NCBI GenBank assembly: GCA_963976765.1
Contig: CAXBME010000025.1
Location: 62,001-126,000, forward strand
Reading direction: 5' to 3'
Source: an uncultured Planctomycetaceae bacterium
GTDB lineage: Bacteria > Planctomycetota > Planctomycetia > Planctomycetales > Planctomycetaceae
Length of the DNA: 64,000 nucleotides
Positions within the stretch are counted from its first letter, which is position 1, and each line of letters begins with the position of its first letter. Below are positions 29,403 to 39,436 of the stretch, piece after piece. The translations under genes were made by a program, and so were the position numbers. Under the pieces are notes generated by a model. The model saw nothing but the letters and a program-made list of their open reading frames with translations, was not told where the DNA came from and did not search any database.

Positions 29403-30497
29403 TCACACCCCCAGTGCCTCGGCGATCGCGATGGCGACATCGGTGGTTGACGATGAACCACCGATGTCGGGCGTGCGGATTCTGCCATTAGCGATGATTT
29501 TCGCCACAGCATTTTCGAGTGTGATGGCCGCGTCGATACAAACTGAGTCCTTGTTTCTGTCTCCGAGCCAGTCGAACATCATGGCTGCGGACAGGATGGT
29601 TGCCATCGGGTTGGCGATATTCTTTCCGGCAATCTGTGGAGCAGTTCCGTGCGAAGGCTGAAACAACGCATGTTGATCACCGACCTCTGCCGACGGGCCC
29701 AACCCCAGTCCACCGACCAGGCCGGCGCCAAGGTCGGAAAGAATGTCTCCAAACTGGTTCTCCATGACCAGCACGTCGAAGTCCCACGGATTCTGCACCA
29801 TGTAAAGACTCATAGCGTCGACATAGACAGATTCCGTACTGACATCCGAATATGACTTTGCAACATCGAAGTAGACTTCCCGAAAGAATGCCATGCTCTG
29901 AAAGATGTTCGCTTTGTCGACGCAGGTGACCATCCTGCGCCCGTCGCTCGGTCGGCCGTTGCGACGCTGAGCCAATTGAAAGGCAACGTCGGCAACCTGT
30001 TTCGTCCCTTTTCGCGTGATCACCATCGTGTCAGTTACGACTTCGTTGCCGACTCGACTGCCACCGCCGAACGAGGCGAACAGACCTTCCAGGTTTTCTC
30101 GAATGATCACGAAATCAATTCCGGGGCCTTCGTTCTTGAGAGCGCACGGCGCTCCGGGATAAAGCTTCACCGGGCGTATGGCGGAGTGAAGATTGAGAGC
30201 CCGGCGAAGGCCAACCATCATCAAAGGCTGTACCTCAGTCCCGTCAGGCTGACGAACGTCCGGCAGTCCAACCGCCGATAGCAGCACGGCATCAGCCGCG
30301 AGGCAATCTTCCAGCACAGCAACAGGCAGCGTTTCGCCGGTCTCGCGATAAAGTCCCGCTCCGGCACGGTGCGACGTGAATGTCAAATCGAGGCCAGAGA
30401 TATCCTGGACCATTCGATCAAGGACCAGCCGTGTGGCGTCCATAACCTCCGGGCCGATTCCGTCACCGGGCAGCAAAGCAATGCGGTAACTGCTCAT
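29403..30497 (-). CDS. Isocitrate/isopropylmalate/tartrate dehydrogenase family protein
   Basis: LPGDGIGPEV, IRENLEG, VDKAN, ENQFGDILSD, PSHGTAP.IAGKNIANP. Substrate not assignable. Confidence 0.9.
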   Translation of the reverse strand: MSSYRIALLPGDGIGPEVMDATRLVLDRMVQDISGLDLTFTSHRAGAGLYRETGETLPVAVLEDCLAADAVLLSAVGLPDVRQPDGTEVQPLMMVGLRRALNLHSAIRPVKLYPGAPCALKNEGPGIDFVIIRENLEGLFASFGGGSRVGNEVVTDTMVITRKGTKQVADVAFQLAQRRNGRPSDGRRMVTCVDKANIFQSMAFFREVYFDVAKSYSDVSTESVYVDAMSLYMVQNPWDFDVLVMENQFGDILSDLGAGLVGGLGLGPSAEVGDQHALFQPSHGTAPQIAGKNIANPMATILSAAMMFDWLGDRNKDSVCIDAAITLENAVAKIIANGRIRTPDIGGSSSTTDVAIAIAEALGV

Positions 30498-30588
30498 GAT
30501 TCTTTATCACTCGCGCGAGAAGAAAGTAATTGGCGTGATGAATGCTGGGTGATTGTCTGCTGATCGTGACCACTCGGATGGAATTCGA

Positions 30589-31284
30589 TTAATCGTGTGC
30601 AAAAAACAACCAGTCGGTCTGCTCGACGTTAATCAGGTTGTTGAAAACGGTCACCGGTTCGACGTGAACTTCACGAAAGACATTCCGTAATGCATCCACG
30701 AACGGCGAGCTTTCGGCGTACGACCACACGCCCAGAATGCCGCCTTCGGCCAGGTGAAGTTTTGCTCGGCGCAATCCGTCTGCAGTATAGAACTGTCCGT
30801 TTGCCGAGCCGAGATTTTCGTCCGGTGAATGGTCAACGTCGATCAGAACCAGGTCGTGCGTTTCTTCGGGTGGACTCAGCAGCTTCCGATAAACGTCACC
30901 GTGGGTTACCAGTAGTCGGTTTTCAGCGTTCAGCTCTTCCGACAAAGGCACCATGCCCTGCGCGAGCCACTCGATGACCTGTGGGAGATACTCAATGACC
31001 TCACAACGTCCCACGCGGTCTGACTGAAGAGCCGCTCGAGCGGTGTAGCCAAGTCCCAGCCCACCGACGAGAACTCGCAGATCAGCTCCCGCGTGCATCG
31101 TCAACGCGACCTCTGACAGGGCGCGCTCCGACGCCGTCAGGTAGCTGCTCATCAGGAACTCATGGTTGAGCGTTACTTCCGTAATGACGGTTCCCGGCTC
31201 ACACAGCAGTTCGCGCCGCCGCAGACAGAGCATCCCCAGTTCTGTGGGCTCGTACGCGAGGATCTCAAACAGAGGCTTGTCCAC
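30589..31284 (-). CDS. Spermidine synthase-like SAM-dependent transferase
   Basis: FLMSS, VLVGGLGLGYT, LIDVDHSP, GILGVWS. GTG start. Confidence 0.8.
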   Translation of the reverse strand: MDKPLFEILAYEPTELGMLCLRRRELLCEPGTVITEVTLNHEFLMSSYLTASERALSEVALTMHAGADLRVLVGGLGLGYTARAALQSDRVGRCEVIEYLPQVIEWLAQGMVPLSEELNAENRLLVTHGDVYRKLLSPPEETHDLVLIDVDHSPDENLGSANGQFYTADGLRRAKLHLAEGGILGVWSYAESSPFVDALRNVFREVHVEPVTVFNNLINVEQTDWLFFAHD

Positions 31285-31407
31285 GGGAATCTCAATCTGG
31301 CGACGCTCTGATAACCGCGAAACAGAGACGCACTGACTTTCACGCCGGTTCGGGGACAGGATCGTGTCGTGCGTCGCAGAAACCGTCAGACTAACCGACG
31401 GTCGAGT

Positions 31408-32745
31408 CTAAATGAGTTCCGGCATCGGCTGGTGATCGAGCAGGTACTGCGGGCGACCGGCCAGATCGTGAAGCTTGACGTTTTTCGCGTCGACACCGAG
31501 ATTGCTGTACATCGTTGCGAGGACTTCGCCAAAGTGAACCGGACGTTCGATGGCTTCACCGCCGAGACGATCTGTCGCTCCGATGACCTGTCCAGTTTTC
31601 ATGCCGCCCCCGGCGAGCAAGCCACCGCCAACTCGCGGCCAGTGATCGCGACCGGCATCTTTGTTGATACGAGGCGTTCTTCCAAACTCGCCCCACGCGA
31701 CGACGGAGACATCGTCAGCAAGACCTCGTTCATGCAGATCTTCCACCAGCGTCGCGATGCCTCGGTCAAAGATCGGCAAATGCGTGTCTTTCAAGCCCCC
31801 AAAGTTGTTGCTGTGAAAATCCCAACGCCCGAAGTTTAACGAGACAACGCGAGCTCCCGCTTCAACCAGACGTCGAGCCGTCAGGAAGTGTTCGAGATTT
31901 CTGGGGGCGCCGTCGCCATAATTTTTTGAATCGCCCTTGCCGTAACGTTCCCGGACTTCCGGATCTTCTTTCGAAAGGTCGAGCGCATCTGCCAGGCGGC
32001 TGGATGTCAGAATTCCAAACGCCTGCTGCGTAATTGTGTCGAGTCCTTCCAGCGTGCCGGATGCGTCGACGTCCCGACGAAGATTGTCGAAGTCGCTCAG
32101 CAGGCTCTGCCGATCACCGAGCCGATCCATCGAGATTCCGTTCAGAACCATGTCCTGACGAGCTGGCCCCGAGGGTCGAAACGCGGCGTTAGCAATCCCA
32201 AGGTAGCCCGGCAAACCAGGAGACCCGTAGGGCGGATGGCCAGTGTCTGGAGAAAGGCCGATGAACGGCGGCACAGACTGGTTGGTTCCACCGAGCACTT
32301 TCGCCGTCACGGAACCAACCGACGGCCAGCCACCGGGCGGTTGGTTCTGAGTCGTGCGGCCGGTGTAGCAGATAAAGGAGTCATGAGCGCCGCTGGGAGA
32401 ACCAACGACCGACCGCAGCGGCACGAGCTTGTCCATGATCGCTGCCGTGCGCGGCATGTGTTCGGAGATTTCGATGCCGGGAACGTTCGTCGGGATGGGA
32501 CGAAACTCGCCGCGAATTTCCGCCGGAGCGTCCATTTTCAAATCGTACATGTCCTGGTGCGAAGGTGCCCCGCACATGTAGATCATAATGACGGCTTTGT
32601 GTGAATTGCTCTGCCCACTCTGGGCATCTGCTCGAAGCAGATCGGCCAGTGTCAGGCCGCCAACACCGAGCGCACCGATTCGAAGTGCTTCACGTCGCGA
32701 GACCTTATCGCAGAGGCGATGTTTGTTTCCGAGGATCGTCAGCAT
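31408..32745 (-). CDS. DUF1501 domain protein
   Basis: SRREALRIG, G.PSHQDMYDLK, ARRLVEAG, WDFH, GEFGRTPRIN…GRDHWP. Confidence 0.92.
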   Translation of the reverse strand: MLTILGNKHRLCDKVSRREALRIGALGVGGLTLADLLRADAQSGQSNSHKAVIMIYMCGAPSHQDMYDLKMDAPAEIRGEFRPIPTNVPGIEISEHMPRTAAIMDKLVPLRSVVGSPSGAHDSFICYTGRTTQNQPPGGWPSVGSVTAKVLGGTNQSVPPFIGLSPDTGHPPYGSPGLPGYLGIANAAFRPSGPARQDMVLNGISMDRLGDRQSLLSDFDNLRRDVDASGTLEGLDTITQQAFGILTSSRLADALDLSKEDPEVRERYGKGDSKNYGDGAPRNLEHFLTARRLVEAGARVVSLNFGRWDFHSNNFGGLKDTHLPIFDRGIATLVEDLHERGLADDVSVVAWGEFGRTPRINKDAGRDHWPRVGGGLLAGGGMKTGQVIGATDRLGGEAIERPVHFGEVLATMYSNLGVDAKNVKLHDLAGRPQYLLDHQPMPELI

Positions 32746-32987
32746 GGCGGGACTCCGGGAGGAGTTGTTGGGCGGGACATCGGTGGCAACTGTTTCTGCA
32801 CCAATCGTTTATCGGCAAAAACAGGACTGGCATCGTACCCGGTCGGCGAGAATCGCGTCAACGAGTGCTGATATGTTTGCGAAATACCTGGCGAGAGATT
32901 TCGACAATTCGGAATGTACCGGTCAGCAGACCGTTGAAAACCGCAACCGAAATAACCCGGAGAGGCAGTGCCTCAAAACACTTTGCC

Positions 32988-34646
32988 TCAGAGAAACATC
33001 GCTTCCAGCTCGACCAGCTCGACGCTGATCTGGATCAGCAGCTCGTTGATATGGTCGCGGCCTGGCGCGTCGCAGTCAGCGATGTGACGATGAAGTAATT
33101 CCCACTCGGAATAAATCGTCGAGCAGTGGGCTCGCAGTGTGGCTTCCGGAGTGTCATGAACCAGAGCCGCGTGCAATTGTCGGGACGCCGTCCTGAAATG
33201 CGCACAGTGTTCGAGCATTTCCTTCCGCTCGTTCGAGTATTTCGATTCACCGCGGAGCCAGGATTCGACGTCTGCATGGAGGTGATCAGCGAGGCGTTCG
33301 ATCGCTCCGGCGCGTTGACGAGCATTGTTTACATCGAAGCCGCCAGGAATCCCCAGTGGTTCTCTAAGCGCGACAAGTCGAGATTCGATTTCCGTCAACG
33401 CGTGCCTGATCCCATCGTGCTGGACATTTCTGAAATGTCGCGAAAGCGCAACCCAGGCCGACGGCAGATAGTCATAAGCATCCACCAGTTGATTGAGGTC
33501 GTTCTCAGACTCGACACAGTCTGCAAAATGCTGGCAGATCCCATAAAAGTCTGAAGCCGAACTCGGTACGTCTTCATAGTTGGGAAGCTGAATCAACAGA
33601 CTCAGAGAGACCGAATCAAAGATTCGATCGACCTCGGTCATGATTCCACGCGTCAACTGAATCAGCAATTCGCGATCGAGTCCACGCGGCAGCCAGAGCA
33701 GCCCATGAATTTCCTGATTGACATTCTGAATTCTCAAAACGGTGCGTTCGATAAAGCGACCTTCGAAGGCGCAGAGTTCCCGAACCAGAGGGTTCCACTT
33801 TCGCAGGAACACTTTGTATTCGCGGACAAGCTCGGCGTAGGGCCGCCCCGCTGAGACTGTATCTGAAAATCCGACCGCGACCTGGTGAGCCTGGCTGGCC
33901 TTCAGCATCAGATCATTCCGAGCAGGAGAACGCCGCAGCTCATAGTCAATATCATCGCTCAACCCGTGAAGGTAAACGGCGAGCCCTTCGCTTTGCCGTT
34001 GCAGAGTTCGGCGGTCAATCTGCGGCTCGATCGAAAGACAGTTACACAAATCCGCGTCGAACTGGTCGAGCTGCCCGATACACGCCCGGCAGGGCTGCGA
34101 AAGATTTGGAACCTGTTGAAGGCTGTACGAAAACCGCCGCCAGTCACTATCGAGCCGCTGCACATCCTGCATGATGAATCGATGATCGGGAACCGCACGA
34201 CTGCGTTGCGAGATGGCGTCTGCTCGAGCCTGGATCTGCACCGCATCACCAACGAACGATCGCAATCCAGTATTTCGTACCGATTCGTTCTGAAGAAGCG
34301 TGCTCAACGTAATACTCTCCTGCCTGAAGGAATGCAGCGCGACTCTCGCGTGGGCCAGTTCCGGAGTTGCCCGGTCGCCCGGTCGTGGCCCTCCTGGCCG
34401 AAACTGCTGCTGATTCGGACCGCCCTGCCCTCGCAGTTGAGATTCGACGAGTATCTTCAGAATGCCGCCGACAATCTGCTTCGTCTTGTCATCAGCCGGT
34501 GCCGAACCGGTCCGCAACAGTAGACCACCCGCAACGACTACCATCATAACTGCCGAAAGAAGCTGTCGGCGTGGCCGTGGATTTTGCCAGCGACTTCGCA
34601 AAACTGATCCGGAGAGAACTTTTTCTGAGCGATTCGTAACAACCAT
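32988..34646 (-). CDS. Hypothetical exported protein with four helical repeats
   Basis: N-terminal hydrophobic segment, then four ~115-aa helical units each containing W..(L/F). Confidence 0.7.
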   Translation of the reverse strand: MVVTNRSEKVLSGSVLRSRWQNPRPRRQLLSAVMMVVVAGGLLLRTGSAPADDKTKQIVGGILKILVESQLRGQGGPNQQQFRPGGPRPGDRATPELAHARVALHSFRQESITLSTLLQNESVRNTGLRSFVGDAVQIQARADAISQRSRAVPDHRFIMQDVQRLDSDWRRFSYSLQQVPNLSQPCRACIGQLDQFDADLCNCLSIEPQIDRRTLQRQSEGLAVYLHGLSDDIDYELRRSPARNDLMLKASQAHQVAVGFSDTVSAGRPYAELVREYKVFLRKWNPLVRELCAFEGRFIERTVLRIQNVNQEIHGLLWLPRGLDRELLIQLTRGIMTEVDRIFDSVSLSLLIQLPNYEDVPSSASDFYGICQHFADCVESENDLNQLVDAYDYLPSAWVALSRHFRNVQHDGIRHALTEIESRLVALREPLGIPGGFDVNNARQRAGAIERLADHLHADVESWLRGESKYSNERKEMLEHCAHFRTASRQLHAALVHDTPEATLRAHCSTIYSEWELLHRHIADCDAPGRDHINELLIQISVELVELEAMFL

Positions 34647-34815
34647 GACTTCCATTCTCCGTGCCCCGTCTTCGTTGCGAAATTGTGAGCTGACTCTCCA
34701 GCCTCGTACGCCTGAATGATGACCGATGATGGCAGTGCATGTCAGTCAAAAAGCCGAACGATCATCTTCGGCGAAGCCACGAGTGAGTAATAACACGGGT
34801 ACGCGACCGGAATCC

Positions 34816-34836
34816 GTAGGGTGAACACGGCCCACC
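34816..34836 (+). repeat. Single REP-like unit (GTAG-type)
   Basis: GTAGGGTGAACACGGCCCACC; 17/20 identical to the reverse complement of 3759-3778. Confidence 0.5.
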
Positions 34837-34848
34837 AACCGGTCTGAA

Positions 34849-35286
34849 TCACGCCTCATCAGCGGTGTTGCCACCGCAAAGTGGGACGCTTGGGTTCGGG
34901 TCGGCCAGTACGTCGGCCAGTGTAGAGTGGCGAAACGCGTCCTCGACGGACTTCATGGCGTTGTCAAGTCGACGGTGCAGCGCGCACAGCTTCACGCCAT
35001 GTTCAAGCAATCCTAACGGGCAGGTCTCAATTCTCTGCAAGGGCTCGACCGCATTGACGACATCGAGAATCGTCAGCTCGTCAGGCGCGGACACCAGCGT
35101 CATTCCGCCGCCGATTCCTCGCTGCGACCGAACGATCCCCGCTCGCGACAACCCTTGCAGAACCTTCGAAAGGTACGCGGCAGGAACCTGCGTTGCCTCA
35201 GCCACTTGAGCCGTTGTGCGAGGCTCACCCTCACGCGCCAGGAAGACCGCCGCACGCAACGCATATTCGACAGATTGAGAAAGCAT
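34849..35286 (-). CDS. Rrf2 family transcriptional regulator
   Basis: SQSVEYALRA, VP.AYLSKVLQ.L, SQRG.GGG, ILDVVNAVE, CPLG…H…LC.LH, terminal PLC. Confidence 0.93.
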   Translation of the reverse strand: MLSQSVEYALRAAVFLAREGEPRTTAQVAEATQVPAAYLSKVLQGLSRAGIVRSQRGIGGGMTLVSAPDELTILDVVNAVEPLQRIETCPLGLLEHGVKLCALHRRLDNAMKSVEDAFRHSTLADVLADPNPSVPLCGGNTADEA

Positions 35287-35299
35287 TCCCTGTCCAAAC

Positions 35300-35372
35300 T
35301 AAACTGGACCTTGACATCTCATTTAAGCCTCGCAAGACTCACCGCCGAAACAGGACAATAACGTCCAGTTTC
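35300..35372. promoter_or_regulatory. Candidate Rrf2 operator pair overlapping a TTGACA hexamer
   Basis: GAAACAGGAC-N6-GTCCAGTTTC (35347-35372, 9/10 dyad) and TAAACTGGAC-N6-ATCTCATTTA (35300-35325). TTGACA at 35311-35316. Confidence 0.6.
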
Positions 35373-35467
35373 AGAATCATCGCGAATGACGAGCGTAGAC
35401 TGCCGGATTCGCTGACCTTTCGGAAGCCTGAATCAGACTGAAACAACAAAAGCCACGGAGAAACACG

Positions 35468-36043
35468 ATGCAACAGATTGACGAACAGAAACTGGAATCC
35501 GATCTGGGCTACCGATTCGGATACGTCACCGAGTTCATGGGATTTGGCGAGGATGACATCGCCGCGATTCACGGTTCCGCCGCCCACCTGGCTCCGCTTG
35601 TTCCATCGCTGGTCGACGCGGTTTACGACAAGCTGTTTTCGTATGACGCGACGAAGCGGCATTTTGTGCCTCGTCAATCAGGATACGAAGGCGACGTTCC
35701 GCAAAGCCTCGACGCCTTGCAAATGGACCATGAGATGATCGAGTTCCGAAAGCAGCACCTGGGACGCTACCTCGAACGACTCGTGACGAAGCCATACGAC
35801 GGCAACATGCTGAACTATCTGGATCTGGTCGGGAAGATGCACACTCCCAAAGCCGGTAGTAAAGACCTCGATGTTCCACTGGTTCAGATGAATGCGCTGA
35901 TGGGATTTGTTTCAGACGCTCTGCTGGCGACTATCCTCGGACTGGGCCTTGATGCAGAGACAACCAGCCGAACTCTGCGAGCGTTCAACAAGCTGCTGTG
36001 GCTTCAGAACGATCTGATCACCCGCCACTACCAGGCTGAGTAA
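35468..36043 (+). CDS. Protoglobin / sensor-globin family protein
   Basis: F.GF.EDD, LVDAVY.KLF.YD.T..HF, YL..VG.MH proximal His region, AFNKLLWLQND. Confidence 0.85.
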   Translation: MQQIDEQKLESDLGYRFGYVTEFMGFGEDDIAAIHGSAAHLAPLVPSLVDAVYDKLFSYDATKRHFVPRQSGYEGDVPQSLDALQMDHEMIEFRKQHLGRYLERLVTKPYDGNMLNYLDLVGKMHTPKAGSKDLDVPLVQMNALMGFVSDALLATILGLGLDAETTSRTLRAFNKLLWLQNDLITRHYQAE

Positions 36044-36080
36044 AGAACTGGCGAGAAACAGCGTTCCGGTTTCAAGTCAA

Positions 36081-36154
36081 GGGTGCTACTGCAGGCTTTC
36101 CCACAGTGCAAATTCAAATTTCGCTCACTACCGGGCAAGCCAGTAGTGGCACCC
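36081..36154. repeat. REP-like inverted doublet (GTGCCACT family)
   Basis: GGGTGCTACT…CAGTGC at 36081-36109; the reverse complement of 36126-36154 is GGGTGCCACTACTGGCTTGCCCGGTAGTG. Confidence 0.5.
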
Positions 36155-36361
36155 GACCTGGTCGCTATTGCGGCCAACGACAGCCTGACCGTTACTTGGA
36201 CTTCGAAGCAGAGTGGCGGGATTCGGGTTTGAATATCTTTTGAAAATTGCCTTGCACCAGGGTTTACATTCATCAGTGACGGCTTATAGAAATTCGACCT
36301 TGGCCTCGTCGCCAGCATGAGGCTGATGACATCCCCCCTCGGAGTATCGACCAGCAATCCC

Positions 36362-36634
36362 ATGCTTACTCAGATAACCGACCGCATCCCGCCACTGCCG
36401 ATACTTCTTCCCGTATTACTGATTGCCTGGGCTGCCGCGTGCACCTGGCTGCACGGCCCCGCGATTCTGGCTTATGTCGTCCTTCAGGGAGCGACGTCCG
36501 GAATCTTCGCACTCAGCATGTACAGAGTCACGAAGAAGCACTGCCGAATTCCGGCAGAACCGCAGGGCAAGCTCTCGTCCGGAGACAGTCCAACATCCGT
36601 CGAGAAAAACAAACAACCGGTCGCTGCACAGTGA
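36362..36634 (+). CDS. Small hypothetical membrane protein
   Basis: Two hydrophobic segments; followed by a terminator-like hairpin. Confidence 0.45.
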   Translation: MLTQITDRIPPLPILLPVLLIAWAAACTWLHGPAILAYVVLQGATSGIFALSMYRVTKKHCRIPAEPQGKLSSGDSPTSVEKNKQPVAAQ

Positions 36635-36650
36635 CCGGTTGTTTTGATTT
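36611..36650. terminator. Probable bidirectional intrinsic terminator
   Basis: AAACAACCGGTC…GACCGGTTGTTT 12-bp stem with A/T tails, between convergent genes. Confidence 0.6.
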
Positions 36651-36701
36651 GCGGCTGGTATCCGTCGTCACTCTGAGCGTCGTTGCTCCGAGTGACGTCG
36701 C

Positions 36702-37550
36702 TCAAATCCGGACGTGAGCGATGGCATCTTCCGGCGAGGCGATATAGCTGATGAAGAACGGCCCGAACTCGGCGTACCGCGCTGAGGCTTCGTCGAAGCG
36801 CATTGTGTACACGATTTCTTTGATGTGCTCAGGAGCCCGGCCCCACAGCGTCACGCCCCATTCCCAGTCGTCGAAACCGGTCGACGCAGTGATGAGCTGG
36901 CTGACTCGACCGGCGAATTTGATGCCGCTGGTGGCGTGTTCAGCCATCAGCCGGGAACGCTCGCTGAATGGCAGGACAAACCAGTTGGCGTGCGGGTCGC
37001 GGATTTTGTTCATCGGGTAAAAACTGCAAACCGGAAACGCCGGGAAGTCCGGGTAGGTTCGCTGCTTGTTCATCATCGGAAGCCGCTGCTCGTACGCCCC
37101 GACCTTAGCCGAGTACGAAGGGTCGTCTGGTCCGCAACCTTCCCTTTCGAGCCGTTCTTTGTACTGCTCAACCGTCGGCACGTACTCGGAAACTTCGGTG
37201 ATCGAGACAAACGAGTACGTCGGCTTCATGGCGACTCCCAGCCGCGAAGCTCGAATTTCCTGCTTCACCCGATCGATGACGAGCGGGTCGGGATCCATGA
37301 TCATCAGCGCGATGTCGCCTCGACCGCCGGACAGAATCGACGTTTGCAGCCGCTCGGGAGCACCTTCGCGTTCGGGATTAAGAATCTGAGCAAGCTGCTC
37401 GCGACCTTCCGCCCGCTGGTGTTCATGCACCGAGTTCAGCGCCGCCTGGTCAATCTGATAATTGATGTGCAGACAGTGCCAGCCTTCGGTCAGTTTGATG
37501 GTCGGATCGGGCAGGCTCTGGCCACCGTGAGTATGTGCCGGTCGGTTCAT
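36702..37550 (-). CDS. hemQ: Coproheme decarboxylase (HemQ/ChdC; chlorite dismutase family)
   Basis: EGWH.LH, YSFVSITEVSEY, FYPMNK.R…NW..LP..ER..LM.EH…G, TGFDDWEWGVTL, MRFDE.SARYAEFGPF. ATG 37550 avoids overlap with the upstream gene. Confidence 0.85.
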   Translation of the reverse strand: MNRPAHTHGGQSLPDPTIKLTEGWHCLHINYQIDQAALNSVHEHQRAEGREQLAQILNPEREGAPERLQTSILSGGRGDIALMIMDPDPLVIDRVKQEIRASRLGVAMKPTYSFVSITEVSEYVPTVEQYKERLEREGCGPDDPSYSAKVGAYEQRLPMMNKQRTYPDFPAFPVCSFYPMNKIRDPHANWFVLPFSERSRLMAEHATSGIKFAGRVSQLITASTGFDDWEWGVTLWGRAPEHIKEIVYTMRFDEASARYAEFGPFFISYIASPEDAIAHVRI

Positions 37551-37647
37551 GGTTCCGCTTTCTGTGATGCAGTTCTCTGGTCGATCGAGGTGACAAATCC
37601 AGTTTGGCGACGCGCTTCGACCGCGCGTTTCGGGAATTCTATTCGGT

Positions 37648-39309
37648 CTACTCCGGCGCCGCGATCGAGGCGGGGGCGTCTTTCGGAATGGCCCAGTCCG
37701 GCGTTCCACCGGTCGAGAGTCCAAGATGCGGCACGAGATAAAACACGGTCGCGAGCGTCAGCAGGACGACGCCGATCAGGTTGAGCAGGAATCCTTTGCG
37801 AGCCATGTCGCCCATCGAAAGCACTCCCGAGCTGAACACAATCGCGTTGGGAGGCGTTCCAATCGGCAGCATGAATGCGCAGCTCGCCGAAGCCGCCGCC
37901 GGCAGCATGATCAATCGAGGATCAATATCCAGTTGCAGCGAGACGGCGGCCAGGACGGGCATCATGACACTGATGACCACAACGTTTGTGGAAAATTCGG
38001 TCAGGAACGTCAGTAAAAAGCAGATCGCAGCGACCAACGCCCAGATTGGCCAGTCCTGAACGGTGCTGGCAAAAACATCGCCCACCCAAACGGCCAGGCC
38101 AGTTTCGTCAAACGCTCGGGCGATGGCGAAACCGCCACCAACCAGCAGCAGAATAGCCCACGGAAGTTTCCTCGCCGTCTGCCAGTCCATCAGCCGCTGC
38201 TGCTGACCGCTGCTGCTTCGTTCTCCGGGAAGAATAAACATCAGCACGACCATCCCGATGGCGACGGTCGAATCGTGAACCACTCCCTTTTTGTAAATGC
38301 TCATGTCCGACTGTAGAAAGCCACCGACGAACCATTCGGCCATCGATTCCCAGCCACCGACCAGCGTGACGTCGCCAAACTGAAGAGGCCGACGGAACGA
38401 CCATAGAATCGCCGTCGAAAAGAAGACTCCAAACATCAGCCATTCAGAGCGGGATGGTTTTCCGAGCGATTTCAGTCGGTCAATAAAGAACTGACGATTG
38501 ATCGAGGTACCGCCCGGAGTCGGCATGCGGAACGTCAGAACTCCCCAGGTCACCAGAATCATGACGATGCCGATCGGCCCGAACGCGGCCAGCCATCGGC
38601 CTGCCGAAATCTGAGGCCCGTCCGGAAAGTTGGCTTCCCAGAGACTCACAAACTGCACGTTGGTAACGGTCCCCACCAGCGTCGTCATGCCACCGATGCT
38701 GGAGGACCAGGCGATGCCCAGCATCAACGAAATCCCAAACGGACCGAATGGCCCATTCCGGTCGATTTTGCTTTCGTCGGAACTCTCAATCGCTGCCCCG
38801 TCACCGGAACTGCTCATCGCGTCCTGCAGCGAGACCACCAGAGCGACGGCGATTGGCATCATCAACAGCGTGGACGCCGTATTGCTGATCCACATCGACA
38901 GAAACGCTGTCGCGACCATGAATCCCAGAATCACTTTCCGAGGGCTGCTTCCAAGAATGCTGACAATGTGCAGCGCGATTCTCTGATGCAGCCCCCAGCG
39001 TTCGATCCCGAGCGCGATAATAAACCCACCCAGAAACAGAAAGACCTGAGTGTTGATGTAGGCCGAGCTGACCGTTTCCGGACTTTGAATACCGAGCAGC
39101 GGAAACAGGACAATTGGAATCAGACTCGTGCCGGCGATCGGAATGGCCTGAGTCAGCCACCAGGCAGACATTAACGCCGTGGCCGCCAGCACTCGCCGAG
39201 CTTCAACAGTCATTCCTGCTGGAAGCGGCATCAACAGAATCATGGCGAACAGGACGGGGCCAATGAAAAGGCCGATACTCGCGGCGCGATCGTTTCCGGG
39301 GTTCGACAT
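37648..39309 (-). CDS. SLC13/DASS family Na+-dependent di/tricarboxylate or sulfate transporter
   Basis: FLSMWISNTA, TEFSTN, AFMLPIGTPPNAIVF; many TM helices. Confidence 0.93.
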   Translation of the reverse strand: MSNPGNDRAASIGLFIGPVLFAMILLMPLPAGMTVEARRVLAATALMSAWWLTQAIPIAGTSLIPIVLFPLLGIQSPETVSSAYINTQVFLFLGGFIIALGIERWGLHQRIALHIVSILGSSPRKVILGFMVATAFLSMWISNTASTLLMMPIAVALVVSLQDAMSSSGDGAAIESSDESKIDRNGPFGPFGISLMLGIAWSSSIGGMTTLVGTVTNVQFVSLWEANFPDGPQISAGRWLAAFGPIGIVMILVTWGVLTFRMPTPGGTSINRQFFIDRLKSLGKPSRSEWLMFGVFFSTAILWSFRRPLQFGDVTLVGGWESMAEWFVGGFLQSDMSIYKKGVVHDSTVAIGMVVLMFILPGERSSSGQQQRLMDWQTARKLPWAILLLVGGGFAIARAFDETGLAVWVGDVFASTVQDWPIWALVAAICFLLTFLTEFSTNVVVISVMMPVLAAVSLQLDIDPRLIMLPAAASASCAFMLPIGTPPNAIVFSSGVLSMGDMARKGFLLNLIGVVLLTLATVFYLVPHLGLSTGGTPDWAIPKDAPASIAAPE

Positions 39310-39436
39310 CGTTGCTGATTCTGCTGAGGCTACGGCAAACGTCCGAATTCAAACATCGGACGAGCACAGCAGCATAACGAACTAAGGGTGAGGCGACACT
39401 GCGGTGAATCCACCATCCTGTTCTCGCAAGCGTCAC

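Noticed and set aside
29403..30497. Calling this leuB
   Set aside because: No leu operon context, and family members cannot be told apart by eye.
36702..37550. Chlorite dismutase / perchlorate respiration
   Set aside because: Motifs (YPMNK, EWGVTL, no Tat/Sec signal) fit HemQ/ChdC better; no reductase genes nearby.
37597..37605. ATCCAGTTT resembling the Rrf2 operator half-site upstream of hemQ
   Set aside because: No matching second half at the N6 spacing; could be chance.
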